DNA of 32,000 bases, from assembly GCF_000014265.1 (NCBI RefSeq), contig NC_008312.1, forward strand, positions 4,470,001-4,502,000. Reading direction: 5' to 3'. Below the pieces are notes generated by a model. That model worked only from the letters and a program-made list of their open reading frames with translations. It ran no database searches and had not been told where the DNA came from. The position numbers were made by a program, and so were the translations under genes. Position 1 is the first letter of the stretch. Each line of letters opens with the position of its first letter. Source of the DNA: Trichodesmium erythraeum IMS101 (lineage in GTDB: Bacteria > Cyanobacteriota > Cyanobacteriia > Cyanobacteriales > Microcoleaceae). This document shows positions 1-9,978 of the stretch, one piece after another.

Positions 1-905
1 GGTTTAAATGCCACGCGCAATACAATATTTTCTCCATTAGAGATGCCACCCTGTATTCCACCAGAACGATTTGTCACTGTGCGAATCTCACCAAGTTTAT
101 CTGTATAGAGTTCATCATTATGCTCGCTACCTGTCATAGTAGTACCTGCAAAACCAGAACCAATTTCAAATCCTTTGGTTGCTGGCAAAGACATTACACC
201 CTTGGCTAAATCAGCCTCTAGTTTATCAAATACAGGAGAACCCAAACCTTTTGGCACATTCCGGACTATACATTCTACTACACCCCCCACAGAATCTCCC
301 AAATCCCGTATTTTTTCAACTAATTCAATCATTTTCTCCGCACATTCACTATCTGGACAACGAACAATATTGCTTTCTACTTGTTCCATTGTTACCGTTG
401 TTGGATCAACAATAGCTTCTAAATTTTTGATCCGCTTCACATAGCCTACAATTTCCACACCAGAATATTGTTGCAAAATTTTTTTAGCGATCGCTCCTGA
501 AGCCACTCGTCCAATTGTCTCTCTGGCCGAAGACCTTCCCCCACCTTGCCAATTTCTGATACCATATTTAGCATCATAAGTTGCATCAGCATGAGATGGA
601 CGATATTTAATAGCCATATCTTGATAATCTTGGGGACGAGCATCCTTATTTCTGACCCAAATCATAATTGGTGTCCCCAAGGTTTGACCTTCAAATACCC
701 CAGACAGTATTTCACAAGTATCACTTTCTTTACGGGGTGTAGTAATTTTGCTTTGCCCTGGTCGCCTACGATCTAACTCATATTGAATTTCTTTAACATT
801 TATTTCTAGCTTTGGTGGGCAACCATCAATTATAACTCCTACTCCTCCCCCATGGGATTCACCAAAGGTTGTTACCCGAAACAAATGTCCAAATATGTTG
901 CCCAT
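1..905 (-). CDS. aroC: chorismate synthase, first ~301 codons; C-terminus runs off the left window edge
   Basis: Reverse-strand frame is open from ATG (complement of 903-905) to position 1. Translation is [31 protein letters not shown]...[34 protein letters not shown]...[24 protein letters not shown], typical of chorismate synthase. It is absent from the ORF track, apparently because its stop codon lies outside the window. Confidence 0.93.
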   Translation of the reverse strand, partial: MGNIFGHLFRVTTFGESHGGGVGVIIDGCPPKLEINVKEIQYELDRRRPGQSKITTPRKESDTCEILSGVFEGQTLGTPIMIWVRNKDARPQDYQDMAIKYRPSHADATYDAKYGIRNWQGGGRSSARETIGRVASGAIAKKILQQYSGVEIVGYVKRIKNLEAIVDPTTVTMEQVESNIVRCPDSECAEKMIELVEKIRDLGDSVGGVVECIVRNVPKGLGSPVFDKLEADLAKGVMSLPATKGFEIGSGFAGTTMTGSEHNDELYTDKLGEIRTVTNRSGGIQGGISNGENIVLRVAFK

Positions 906-1177
906 TAAACTCCAACTATAAACTGCTTAAAAAATCACTATTACTGCTTTTTCTTCAAATTCTCATGCTTCTAGACTCATGTTTAATTAAGCCTGGTAAG
1001 TTAACCTATCCGACTCGTATTTTGGCTTTCCTTTTACATTACCTAGCTACCTTTGGAATTGGGAGATTTTTACTGGAGTTTTATTACTTTCCCCAACGCG
1101 CACAAGTCACCCTAGGTATCGCGGTATTGTCTCTGGTCACTGCAGCTTTTACCACATTTCGACCGCCTTTTGACTGA
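869..1177 (+). CDS. hypothetical small hydrophobic protein (doubtful)
   Basis: 102-codon ORF from the track with hydrophobic stretches ([31 protein letters not shown]). Its 5' end overlaps the aroC start on the other strand. It contains a 22-nt motif (1003-1024) that recurs in the group II intron relic at 26367-26388. No recognisable family. Confidence 0.2.
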   Translation: MLPETNVQICCPLNSNYKLLKKSLLLLFLQILMLLDSCLIKPGKLTYPTRILAFLLHYLATFGIGRFLLEFYYFPQRAQVTLGIAVLSLVTAAFTTFRPPFD

Positions 1178-1356
1178 TATTTAGTTACTCTACTCTAGCA
1201 TAAGCAGTCAATAAAGCTGATTAGCAGGTATAAGTTTTACCTACAAAATCATCAGAGTTTTTCCCAGACGAAGCGATAAGCTGCAATGTACTCAAAAAAA
1301 AGGCCTATTATACTTAGCTTGAAGCTAGTTTTTCAGCCTACGAGTCCCACTAAGCT

Positions 1357-1488
1357 TTAATCTTCATGTTCATCAAAAGGGTCAACCAACTCTTTTGATG
1401 GAGGTCCAAAAGCTGTATAAATTGAAAATCCAGTAATGGCCACAACCATTACACCTATCGAAATGCTAAGAACTGTTGCAGGTTCCAT
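1357..1488 (-). CDS. psbN: photosystem II protein PsbN
   Basis: 43-codon reverse-strand ORF, below the ORF-track size cutoff: [47 protein letters not shown]. It has the single TM helix plus the ...YTAFG.PS..L.DPF.EHED tail typical of PsbN. It is divergent from psbH, the classical arrangement. Confidence 0.9.
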   Translation of the reverse strand: MEPATVLSISIGVMVVAITGFSIYTAFGPPSKELVDPFDEHED

Positions 1489-1575
1489 ATAATTCATTAA
1501 AATTGTGACTGTTATACATATACAATATTACAAAACATTAAAATTTTCTGCTGAAAATAGTAAAAATCGAAAATT
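1489..1575. promoter_or_regulatory. divergent psbN / psbH promoter spacer
   Basis: 87-bp AT-rich spacer between two divergently oriented start codons, so both promoters must lie here. TATAAT-like hexamers are present (tataca, tacaat), but I cannot assign -10/-35 boxes with confidence. Confidence 0.35.
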
Positions 1576-1779
1576 ATGTCACAAAGAACTGGATTAGGAG
1601 ACATCCTCAAGCCCTTAAACTCAGAATATGGTAAAGTATCTCCCGGTTGGGGAACTACATGGGTGATGGCCGTTTTTATTGGCTTATTTTTTGTCTTCTT
1701 GTTAATTATTCTCCAAATCTACAACTCTTCCTTGTTATTAGAAAATGTTGATGTAGATTGGGCAAACTTAACTAAATAG
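1576..1779 (+). CDS. psbH: photosystem II reaction centre protein H
   Basis: [56 protein letters not shown]... closely matches the conserved PsbH sequence (LGDIL+[32 protein letters not shown]). Confidence 0.95.
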   Translation: MSQRTGLGDILKPLNSEYGKVSPGWGTTWVMAVFIGLFFVFLLIILQIYNSSLLLENVDVDWANLTK

Positions 1780-1797
1780 AGTAAATTTAAACCAAAG

Positions 1798-1835
1798 GGG
1801 CTAAGAAGTTCAGTCAAGCTGAATTTTTCTAGCCC
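1798..1835 (+). terminator. long stem-loop 19 nt after the psbH stop (terminator or mRNA-stabilising hairpin)
   Basis: GGGCTA-AGAAG-TTCAG [tcaag] CTGAA-TTTTT-(C)-TAGCCC gives about 16 pairs (including G-T wobbles) with one bulged C and a 5-nt loop. The U-run lies within the 3' arm rather than after it. Confidence 0.45.
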
Positions 1836-1892
1836 TATACATTAAACTAATACATATACTATATTAAAGTAAATTTTGAGAAGGAAAAAAAG

Positions 1893-2156
1893 GTGAATAT
1901 ATTTGGTATAGGCCTCCCAGAAATGATTGTTATTTTGGTGGTAGCCCTTTTGATATTTGGTCCGAAAAAGTTACCTGAAATTGGTCGGAGCTTAGGACAA
2001 GCAATAAATAGTTTTAAGGCAGGAGCACGTGATTTTGAGAATGAATTTAAACGGGAAGCAAAACATTTAGAGGAAGGAGTTAAAGTTAGTACCTCGGCCT
2101 CAGAACCAGAAAAAGTGGTAGATGTTTCTTCTGCAACAAATACAAACAAGAATTAA
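1893..2156 (+). CDS. tatA: twin-arginine translocase subunit TatA/E family
   Basis: GTG start preceded by aaggaaaaaaag. MNIFGIGLPEMIVILVVALLIFGPKKLPEIGRSLGQAINSFK... is the canonical TatA TM helix plus amphipathic helix (FG.P.KLPE.GR..G). Confidence 0.9.
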   Translation: MNIFGIGLPEMIVILVVALLIFGPKKLPEIGRSLGQAINSFKAGARDFENEFKREAKHLEEGVKVSTSASEPEKVVDVSSATNTNKN

Positions 2157-2263
2157 GTAAGTGAAAGTTAAACTATAGAAAAAATTAACCAGAGCCAATC
2201 TAAATCAAGAAGATTATTGCAATTGTGGCTTTAAATTTTATTTAACATTTAACTTTTAAAGGA

Positions 2264-2923
2264 ATGAAAGAGGTTGCACCAGCAGCAAATTTGGTGATTC
2301 CCAAATTAATTGTAGGTTTGGGAAATCCAGAGCCAAAATATGATCAAACTAGGCATAATATAGGATTTACTGGGATAGATACTATAGCTAATATCTGGCA
2401 GGTTTCTTTATCTGAAAATCGTAAGTTTAAAGGAGAATTTGGAGAAGGTAGGAGACCAAAAGCAGAAAAAATTTACTTGCTTAAACCCTTAACCTATATG
2501 AATAGATCGGGAGAAGCAATTAGTGCAGTAGTAAATTGGTATAAATTACCTCCGTCTTGTGTGCTTATAATATATGATGATATGGATTTACCAATGGGAC
2601 GACTAAGATTACGGTTGTCTGGTTCGGCAGGTGGCCATAATGGAATGAAGTCCGCGATCGCTCATTTGGGAACTCAAGAGTTTCCTCGTTTGCGGATAGG
2701 CATTGGTAAGCCAAAAAATATTACTGCTGAAAGAGGGGAAGCAAAAACTATTAGTCATGTTTTAGGAAAGTTTAGTCCTAAAGAAAACAAATTAATGACT
2801 CAAGTGCTGGAGCTGGTTGTAGATGCAGTAGAACTTTCTTTAAAGCAAGGAATTGAAAAAGCTATGAGTCTCTATAATAATAGAACTATTACCGAAAATC
2901 CTGTGTCTAAACCCCCGTCATAG
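2264..2923 (+). CDS. pth: peptidyl-tRNA hydrolase
   Basis: LIVGLGNPEPKYDQTRHNIGF, KPLTYMNRSGEA, IIYDDMDLPMGRLRLR..GSAGGHNGMKS are Pth family signatures. Confidence 0.93.
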   Translation: MKEVAPAANLVIPKLIVGLGNPEPKYDQTRHNIGFTGIDTIANIWQVSLSENRKFKGEFGEGRRPKAEKIYLLKPLTYMNRSGEAISAVVNWYKLPPSCVLIIYDDMDLPMGRLRLRLSGSAGGHNGMKSAIAHLGTQEFPRLRIGIGKPKNITAERGEAKTISHVLGKFSPKENKLMTQVLELVVDAVELSLKQGIEKAMSLYNNRTITENPVSKPPS

Positions 2924-3153
2924 AAGCTATATCTGATCAGGATGAAACTTCTGAATGAAACTTCTGAAAAGTTTGAGGAGAGATGGGTATAAGGGATATG
3001 GTTATGTAGGTAGGTTGACATATTTCCCAGACGTTAGGCGCAGGTGGAGTGTGGAAGAACACTTAAAGTAAAGCCTAGATTTTTCTTGACCTTTCATTGG
3101 CTGCTCTACCTATCCCTAAAAATAAGGCCAGCACTAACCCTGGTTAACACCCC

Positions 3154-3266
3154 TTGCAGTGTGCGTCTATTTTTTGTCTTGGACTTCCCACTTATAATTA
3201 ATTAATAGTGATTATGTGACTATAAAGTACATTGTATTTAAAAAAAACAAATAAAAATCTACGCGC
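3154..3266. repeat. non-coding repeat element, copy A
   Basis: Two colinear blocks are shared with copy B. TTGCAGTGTGCGTCTATTTTTTGTCTTGGACT vs TTGCGGTGTGCGTTCGTTTTTTATCTGAGACT is 25/32 ungapped. AAAAAAAACAAATAAAAATCTACGCGC vs AAAAAAAACAACTAAAAAGTCGCCCG is the second block. The blocks are separated by about 55-60 nt of AT-rich sequence in both copies. Confidence 0.5.
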
Positions 3267-3580
3267 TTGTGGGGCAGACTTTAAACCTAGTTTTTCTGGT
3301 ATACCCATTTTTCTGGCTGAAGTTCTTACCTTACAAGGTAAGGGTTTGAGAATTATGAATATATGTACTTATGACTCCTATAAAACTTAACCCCAGAAAT
3401 TGGCAGATTCTTAGATGTATTGATTATTTATACAGGGAGGGCAAGATTATCTTTTTGAAATATTCCTGGCCTCTAAGGCTTATGGTAGCTTGTGTTCCTT
3501 AGTATGATAGGAGTTGACCAATATTTTTGGTGCAGCAATTTATCAAAAGCGAGGGCTAAAAAAAGACCCTAGTCTTATGT

Positions 3581-3680
3581 TTGCGGTGTGCGTTCGTTTT
3601 TTATCTGAGACTGTCCTCCAGTCTAACTAATTAGTAATTTATAAAATATAAAATAAAAAAAACAACTAAAAAGTCGCCCG
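3581..3680. repeat. non-coding repeat element, copy B
   Basis: See copy A. Same orientation, about 430 bp downstream, in the same pth-pyrG gene-free spacer. Contains a small hairpin AGACTG-tcctc-CAGTCT. Confidence 0.5.
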
Positions 3681-3755
3681 ATAGGTGGATAAGGCAGTTG
3701 TGATTATAGAAATTTTTACTTTTGAGTGATTGACTTAAGTGACTTTTAACTATTA

Positions 3756-4022
3756 ATGATTTCTAAGGGTCTACCAGAAACTACTGCTTACATCAGAGTA
3801 ACTCGTCAGTCTTGGCAAAAAGGCACGATCGAAGGAGAGGTTAGTGCCGGTTCTTTTGGTTGGCAGTTTAAATGGCGTTTTAGACAGGGAAAAACTCTTT
3901 CTATTCAACCTTCTCAAGGGCGTGCCCTAATTCAAGAACCTTTGGGTAGATTTCTAGAAAAATGGGATTATCAACTAGAACCTGGTGGAGATTACTCCTT
4001 TACTATTAAGGCTAAATTTTAA
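3756..4022 (+). CDS. hypothetical protein, 88 aa
   Basis: Clean ORF with non-repetitive, balanced composition (..GWQFKWRFRQGKTLSIQPSQGRALIQEPLGRFLEKWDYQLEPGGDYSF..). Codon usage looks like the neighbouring housekeeping genes. I cannot name a family with certainty. Confidence 0.5.
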   Translation: MISKGLPETTAYIRVTRQSWQKGTIEGEVSAGSFGWQFKWRFRQGKTLSIQPSQGRALIQEPLGRFLEKWDYQLEPGGDYSFTIKAKF

Positions 4023-4169
4023 CAAAAATTAAACCTTAAGTTATATAAAGAATAAGGAATAGTGAAATGTTCTAACCTCTGTATGGTAGTGCTATGTATA
4101 TGATATTTTTGAAGCTAGCTAGAGATTAGCAATTCTTGGTAGTTAGGTAAAGTTAGGTATTTTAGATAG

Positions 4170-5930
<1,761 letters not shown>

Positions 5931-7043
5931 AGAAAATTAGGGATAGCGCATTCGGTAGTTTCTGAAATATATTAGCAGTAGCTTTTTCAATGTTTTTGAA
6001 GTATGAAATTAAGCTTTTATTTTTGCTGAGTTAATCTACGATAATTACTTTACTATGTTTAGATGAAATAGATTGTAATAGTTGGTAGTAAATATTTCTT
6101 CTTTGAACTTGATTTATTGTTTGTGATCAAATTTAATAGGCTGAAGCAGAGTAAAATTAATTATCTGAGTCACTATTAACCACTATAAGTACAATTGGTG
6201 GATGATATAGCAATACTCATAAGCAAGGTACTTGGAGCTGACCTCCAAGTCTATTTCAAGTATCGGAATGCCTGAGGGCGACTTACCAAAAATTATTGTG
6301 GGTTTTTATTTATGCTTTGGTGGAAAGAAGTTGATCCAAAACCTGAAGGCTTCCCAAGTTCTGCTCAAGGGCACGGGGAGAGTTTTGAGGAACCTCTTCT
6401 TTTCTAGAGTATTTATGAGACAAGGCGGGTGAAGAACCAATCTTATTTAAACATGGATTGTCCCCCAATGGGTAGGCGAGATTTTAAACCAAATTTTTGG
6501 GTAAATAAGATTTGCTGAAAAATTATGCATGGCTTTGGGTAGGAGTTAGGAGTCGGAAGTTAGGTGAAATGGGAATTAATTAGGAGGTAGTCGGATATAT
6601 TGGACCCTGATTTTTTTTGCTGTGGCCTGCCCAAAATTTTAACATGGGTGAGCTTGAGTGGCTGAAAAGCTTGCACTTTTTTCTACCTAAAAAAGCTAAA
6701 GCTCAAGTTCAGCCAGTCAATTTGTAACATTAAAAGTAGTACAAAATTTTGGTAGGGTAGTTCTCTAAGTATTTATAAGCAAGCCCTATTTATGCATAAT
6801 GCCTGATGCTAGGTTTTGAAGTGAGAAATTTAGGCTAAAGCTTTTATGCATAAATACTTTACGAGTTAATCAGCAATTTCTAAGTATAAACATTCAAGCG
6901 CTTAATATCCCTGTGTTGTCAGAACTTTAAAATTAAGATGCAGTTTGCCTTGAAAAAAGAGCCTTGTGTTTGAATTGTTGTTAGAGCTATTTCACCAAAC
7001 TGTTTTTATACCTATCTTTCAGCTTACTTGTCACCCTGTGAGG

Positions 7044-7944
7044 TTAGATCTCTATGATTTCCACTATTTGCTTAGATAATCGTTCAGCATTACTTAATAT
7101 ACTTTGAGTTTCGGTACGCATCGTCTCTAGTTCTCGCTGTTTGGCTTCATTTAAGACTACTCCTCGTTCGCGATCGCCTCGTAATTGAGCAAGTTTATTT
7201 TGAGTATTATCCAGAAGGGCTTCTAATTCTTGGTTTAAGCTTTTTTGAAGATCTGCAAAAGGTTCTGAAATTAGATTGCTAATTTCTTGTTCAAGATGTT
7301 TTTCTCGCAGTTGCTTATCAATTTCTTTGGTAATTGCTTCTTGAAAATTACCTTTAAAATTGCGCTCCATTTCCTTAGTAAAAACTGCTTTAGCTAACCA
7401 GTCTCCTGCAAAAATGCTAGCAATTCCAGTAGCTAAAAGAAGAGGAAAAGCAATATCCTGTAAATGCAGCTAAAGCAGCAGTAATTGCTTGTGCATGAGA
7501 AGTTGTCTTTTTCTCAGCATTAAATTCAATATCAACAAACTCCATTTCAATCTTATTGAAAGCTTCATCTACTGAAGTAGTAAAATCTTTAAGACGATCT
7601 ACTTCTCGGTCAATTCCCTGTTGAATTTCTGTTTGTATGTTCTCGGAAAATTTACGACTTGCTTTTTGTACTGCATTAGTAACAGAACGAGAAATTTTTT
7701 CTTGTAAAACTTTTTTTCTTTTGACCTCTCCTTTTTCAATTGGAGTTTCTTCAATAGCTGTTTCTGCTGCTTGTTTGAGAAGAATTGGAAGCTGATAAAT
7801 TAAAGGCTGAACTCTATATCTTACATTTTCTGCTGCCTTATTAATCAACTCCATTTCTGCTTTTTTCCGCTTACGAATACCTTCTATTTCTGCAACACCA
7901 ATATCGTAATTTACTATAATACCTTTTCCGTCGATAACAATAGC
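7044..7944 (-). pseudogene. frameshifted, 5'-truncated coiled-coil protein with a central hydrophobic hairpin
   Basis: Track ORFs 7417-7854 and 7044-7370 are on the same strand in different frames. The downstream frame stays open upstream of its ATG and reads DIAFPLLLATGIASIFAGDWLAKAVFTKEMERNF. This continues the ...AITAALAAFTG of the upstream ORF if one base is added or removed around 7455-7475. The upstream frame is open to 7944, where TGA (complement of 7945-7947) cuts it, with no start codon other than the internal ATG at 7854. Confidence 0.45.
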
Positions 7945-8486
7945 TCATTGATTTGATATTCAACTATTTAGTCTAAACTGGAGTAATTGTGTAGAATATA
8001 AAAAAGTGAGAGTTAAAGTATTGTTGCTGAACCAAGGAGTTCTGTTGGCAGCAAAAAATATAGGAGCAACTTAACTCCCGTCGATAGCATGAATAATTTT
8101 TCTTAATTGGTGTTAGTGCGCTCGTCCTCCAGGCGATGCAGAGCACTATCACGTGCCATTAAAATCACTGATCATATCAGATGCTACATTGGATATCATT
8201 CTGTAGCTTCAGCTCAAAAGTTTTGAGAATTATTAGCAATGCTGTAGAAGTCCTGCTCACTAAAAAACCATAGTTTCATCCTTTCCTTTTTAGGACTACC
8301 GGAAAATTATCTCAAGGATAGTGACCATTACTATCATCAGAATCATCTTCTGCAAAAGATGTTTAGTTTAATAGTAGAATTGTATTGATTTATAGTAATC
8401 TTTTGTCTAAACAGTATTGAGTTATTATCAAAATTTCCTTCCTCCACCAACTATTACCTATTACCTTCCAATTCAAAAATCTCAAA

Positions 8487-9398
8487 TCATTGATCTGAAA
8501 ACTTAGTCCAAGCTAACTTAGCAGCTCCAATAACACCAGCTTGATTACCTAATTTAGCAATTAATAATTGTAACTTTAAAGAAGAAGTCAGAAGAACTCG
8601 TCGCTTAACTTCTGCCTTAGTCGCAGGTAAAAAAAGTTTTGCTGCAGCACTTATTCCACCACCAATAATCACTGCTTCTGGAGTTAAAATATAAATTAAA
8701 CTTGCTAACCCAGCTCCTAAAAGTCGTCCGTAATTTTGCCAAAATTCTAGAGCAAATTTATCTCCAGCCAAAGCTAAATTGGCTAATTCTAAAGGTTCTT
8801 TTCCTGTCTCTCGACGAACTGCTTGAACAGAAATATATTGTTCCAAAGAACCATTATTGCCACTATTGCATTTAGGTCCATCGAGGTTTAAAGTTATTAA
8901 GCCTAACTCTCCAGCGGCACCTTGATGACCCACAAATAATTGGCTATTTAATATAATTGCTCCTCCGACACCAGTACCCAGGGTAAGCATAATCAGATTT
9001 TTATACTGACTACCTGCCCCTAACCAAGCTTCTCCTAAACCAGCACAGTTAGCATCATTAGCTATAACTACTGGTAAACCAGTTTTTTCCTCTAACAATT
9101 TAGCGAGAGGAACATCTTGCCAATCTGTTAAATTAATTGCTATGATAGAAGTTTTACCTTCAGCATCAACAGGACCTGGTACTCCAATACCTATTCCTTG
9201 AATAGGTCCTAAGTTGTATATTTGAGGTTCTTTTATCATCATAGATATTACCTCTTTTATTAGATCAATAACTGCTTTTGGAGTAGCAGGTCGAGGAGTT
9301 GGAACAGTTAAAGATTGATGACATACTCCATCCCTACCGAAACATCCCAACTTGATAGATGTTCCTCCTATATCAATGCCTATAACTAGAGAGTTCAT
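8487..9398 (-). CDS. ROK-family sugar kinase (glucokinase-like)
   Basis: N-terminal ATPase motif IGIDIGGTSIKLG, DANCAGLGE, TLGTGVGGAII, and a C-terminal GG...A.V.GAA motif typical of the ROK / ASKHA fold. Confidence 0.8.
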   Translation of the reverse strand: MNSLVIGIDIGGTSIKLGCFGRDGVCHQSLTVPTPRPATPKAVIDLIKEVISMMIKEPQIYNLGPIQGIGIGVPGPVDAEGKTSIIAINLTDWQDVPLAKLLEEKTGLPVVIANDANCAGLGEAWLGAGSQYKNLIMLTLGTGVGGAIILNSQLFVGHQGAAGELGLITLNLDGPKCNSGNNGSLEQYISVQAVRRETGKEPLELANLALAGDKFALEFWQNYGRLLGAGLASLIYILTPEAVIIGGGISAAAKLFLPATKAEVKRRVLLTSSLKLQLLIAKLGNQAGVIGAAKLAWTKFSDQ

Positions 9399-9650
9399 TT
9401 AATATCTTTCAATACTAGAATTAAATATTGGTTCAACCCGAATGGCAATTATAGCTGAAGGACGAACTACCATATATTCGCCTTGAATAGTCTTAATTGG
9501 TACATTTACAAACTCTTGAGAGTCATGTTTTGGGACTACAACCCCACTATACCAGGTTTGAAAGTCTTTAAGACTTAGAAAACGTACTTCTTCACGGGCG
9601 CCACCTTCTAATAGTAGGTGTATAGCAAATTCATCAGGATTTCTTGGCAT
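9399..9650 (-). CDS. hypothetical protein, 83 aa, translationally coupled to the ROK kinase
   Basis: Its TAA (complement of 9399-9401) directly abuts the ATG of the kinase gene (complement of 9396-9398). Non-repetitive sequence. No family recognised. Confidence 0.55.
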   Translation of the reverse strand: MPRNPDEFAIHLLLEGGAREEVRFLSLKDFQTWYSGVVVPKHDSQEFVNVPIKTIQGEYMVVRPSAIIAIRVEPIFNSSIERY

Positions 9651-9664
9651 ATCTCTTACAAATC

Positions 9665-9769
9665 AAAAGTTAAAATTATTAATTCCGACTCCTATGAAGT
9701 CAAATATTTTATAAGTAAAAGGTCAAAGTTTAAAAGTTAAAATTATTAACTCCGAATCCTATCAAGTCA
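9665..9769. repeat. 38-nt direct repeat, two copies, 67-bp period
   Basis: AAAAGTTAAAATTATTAATTCCGACTCCTATGAAGTCA (9665-9702) and AAAAGTTAAAATTATTAACTCCGAATCCTATCAAGTCA (9732-9769), with 3 mismatches. Lies in the divergent spacer between the 83-aa ORF and carB. Confidence 0.7.
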
Positions 9770-9978
9770 TATTAATTAATCCTAATATAGGAACGTGAAA
9801 CAATTAAGAACTAATCATTACCTCTTCTTTTTTATCCTTAGTATTTATGAGTATTTAAAACTTATAATTTTGAATTCCCAAATATAAAATTGGTATGTAT
9901 ATACTAGCACAGCCATTATACTAACCCTTAAAATACTCTGGATTAAGTTTTAATTCTCAAACAAATACAAATAAGTCT

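Noticed and set aside
175-776. Track ORFs 175-444(+), 179-415(+), 446-643(-) and 546-776(+)
   Set aside because: All lie inside, antisense to or out of frame with the well-supported aroC reading frame. Their translations are low-complexity with no recognisable motifs.
1859-2149. 96-aa reverse-strand ORF
   Set aside because: It is fully antisense to tatA, whose product is unmistakable.
3160-3166. GTGCG pentamers at about 3162, 3589 and 13230 as possible group II intron 5' ends
   Set aside because: The downstream sequence is AT-rich, has no domain I-like structure and no matching 3' domains in the right orientation. GTGCG alone is too short to be meaningful.
6232-6432. 66-aa ORF with a TTG start in a locally GC-richer patch downstream of pyrG
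   Set aside because: It has a non-ATG start, no RBS and no recognisable motif. Other frames and strands give equally plausible short readings (for example MLWWKEVDPKPEGFPSSAQGHGESFEEPLLF). The patch may be a gene relic or an RNA, but I cannot support a CDS.
9665-9769. Direct repeats considered as a possible mini CRISPR array
   Set aside because: There are only two copies, the repeat units are not palindromic, the spacer is 29 nt of similar AT-rich sequence, and no cas genes are nearby.
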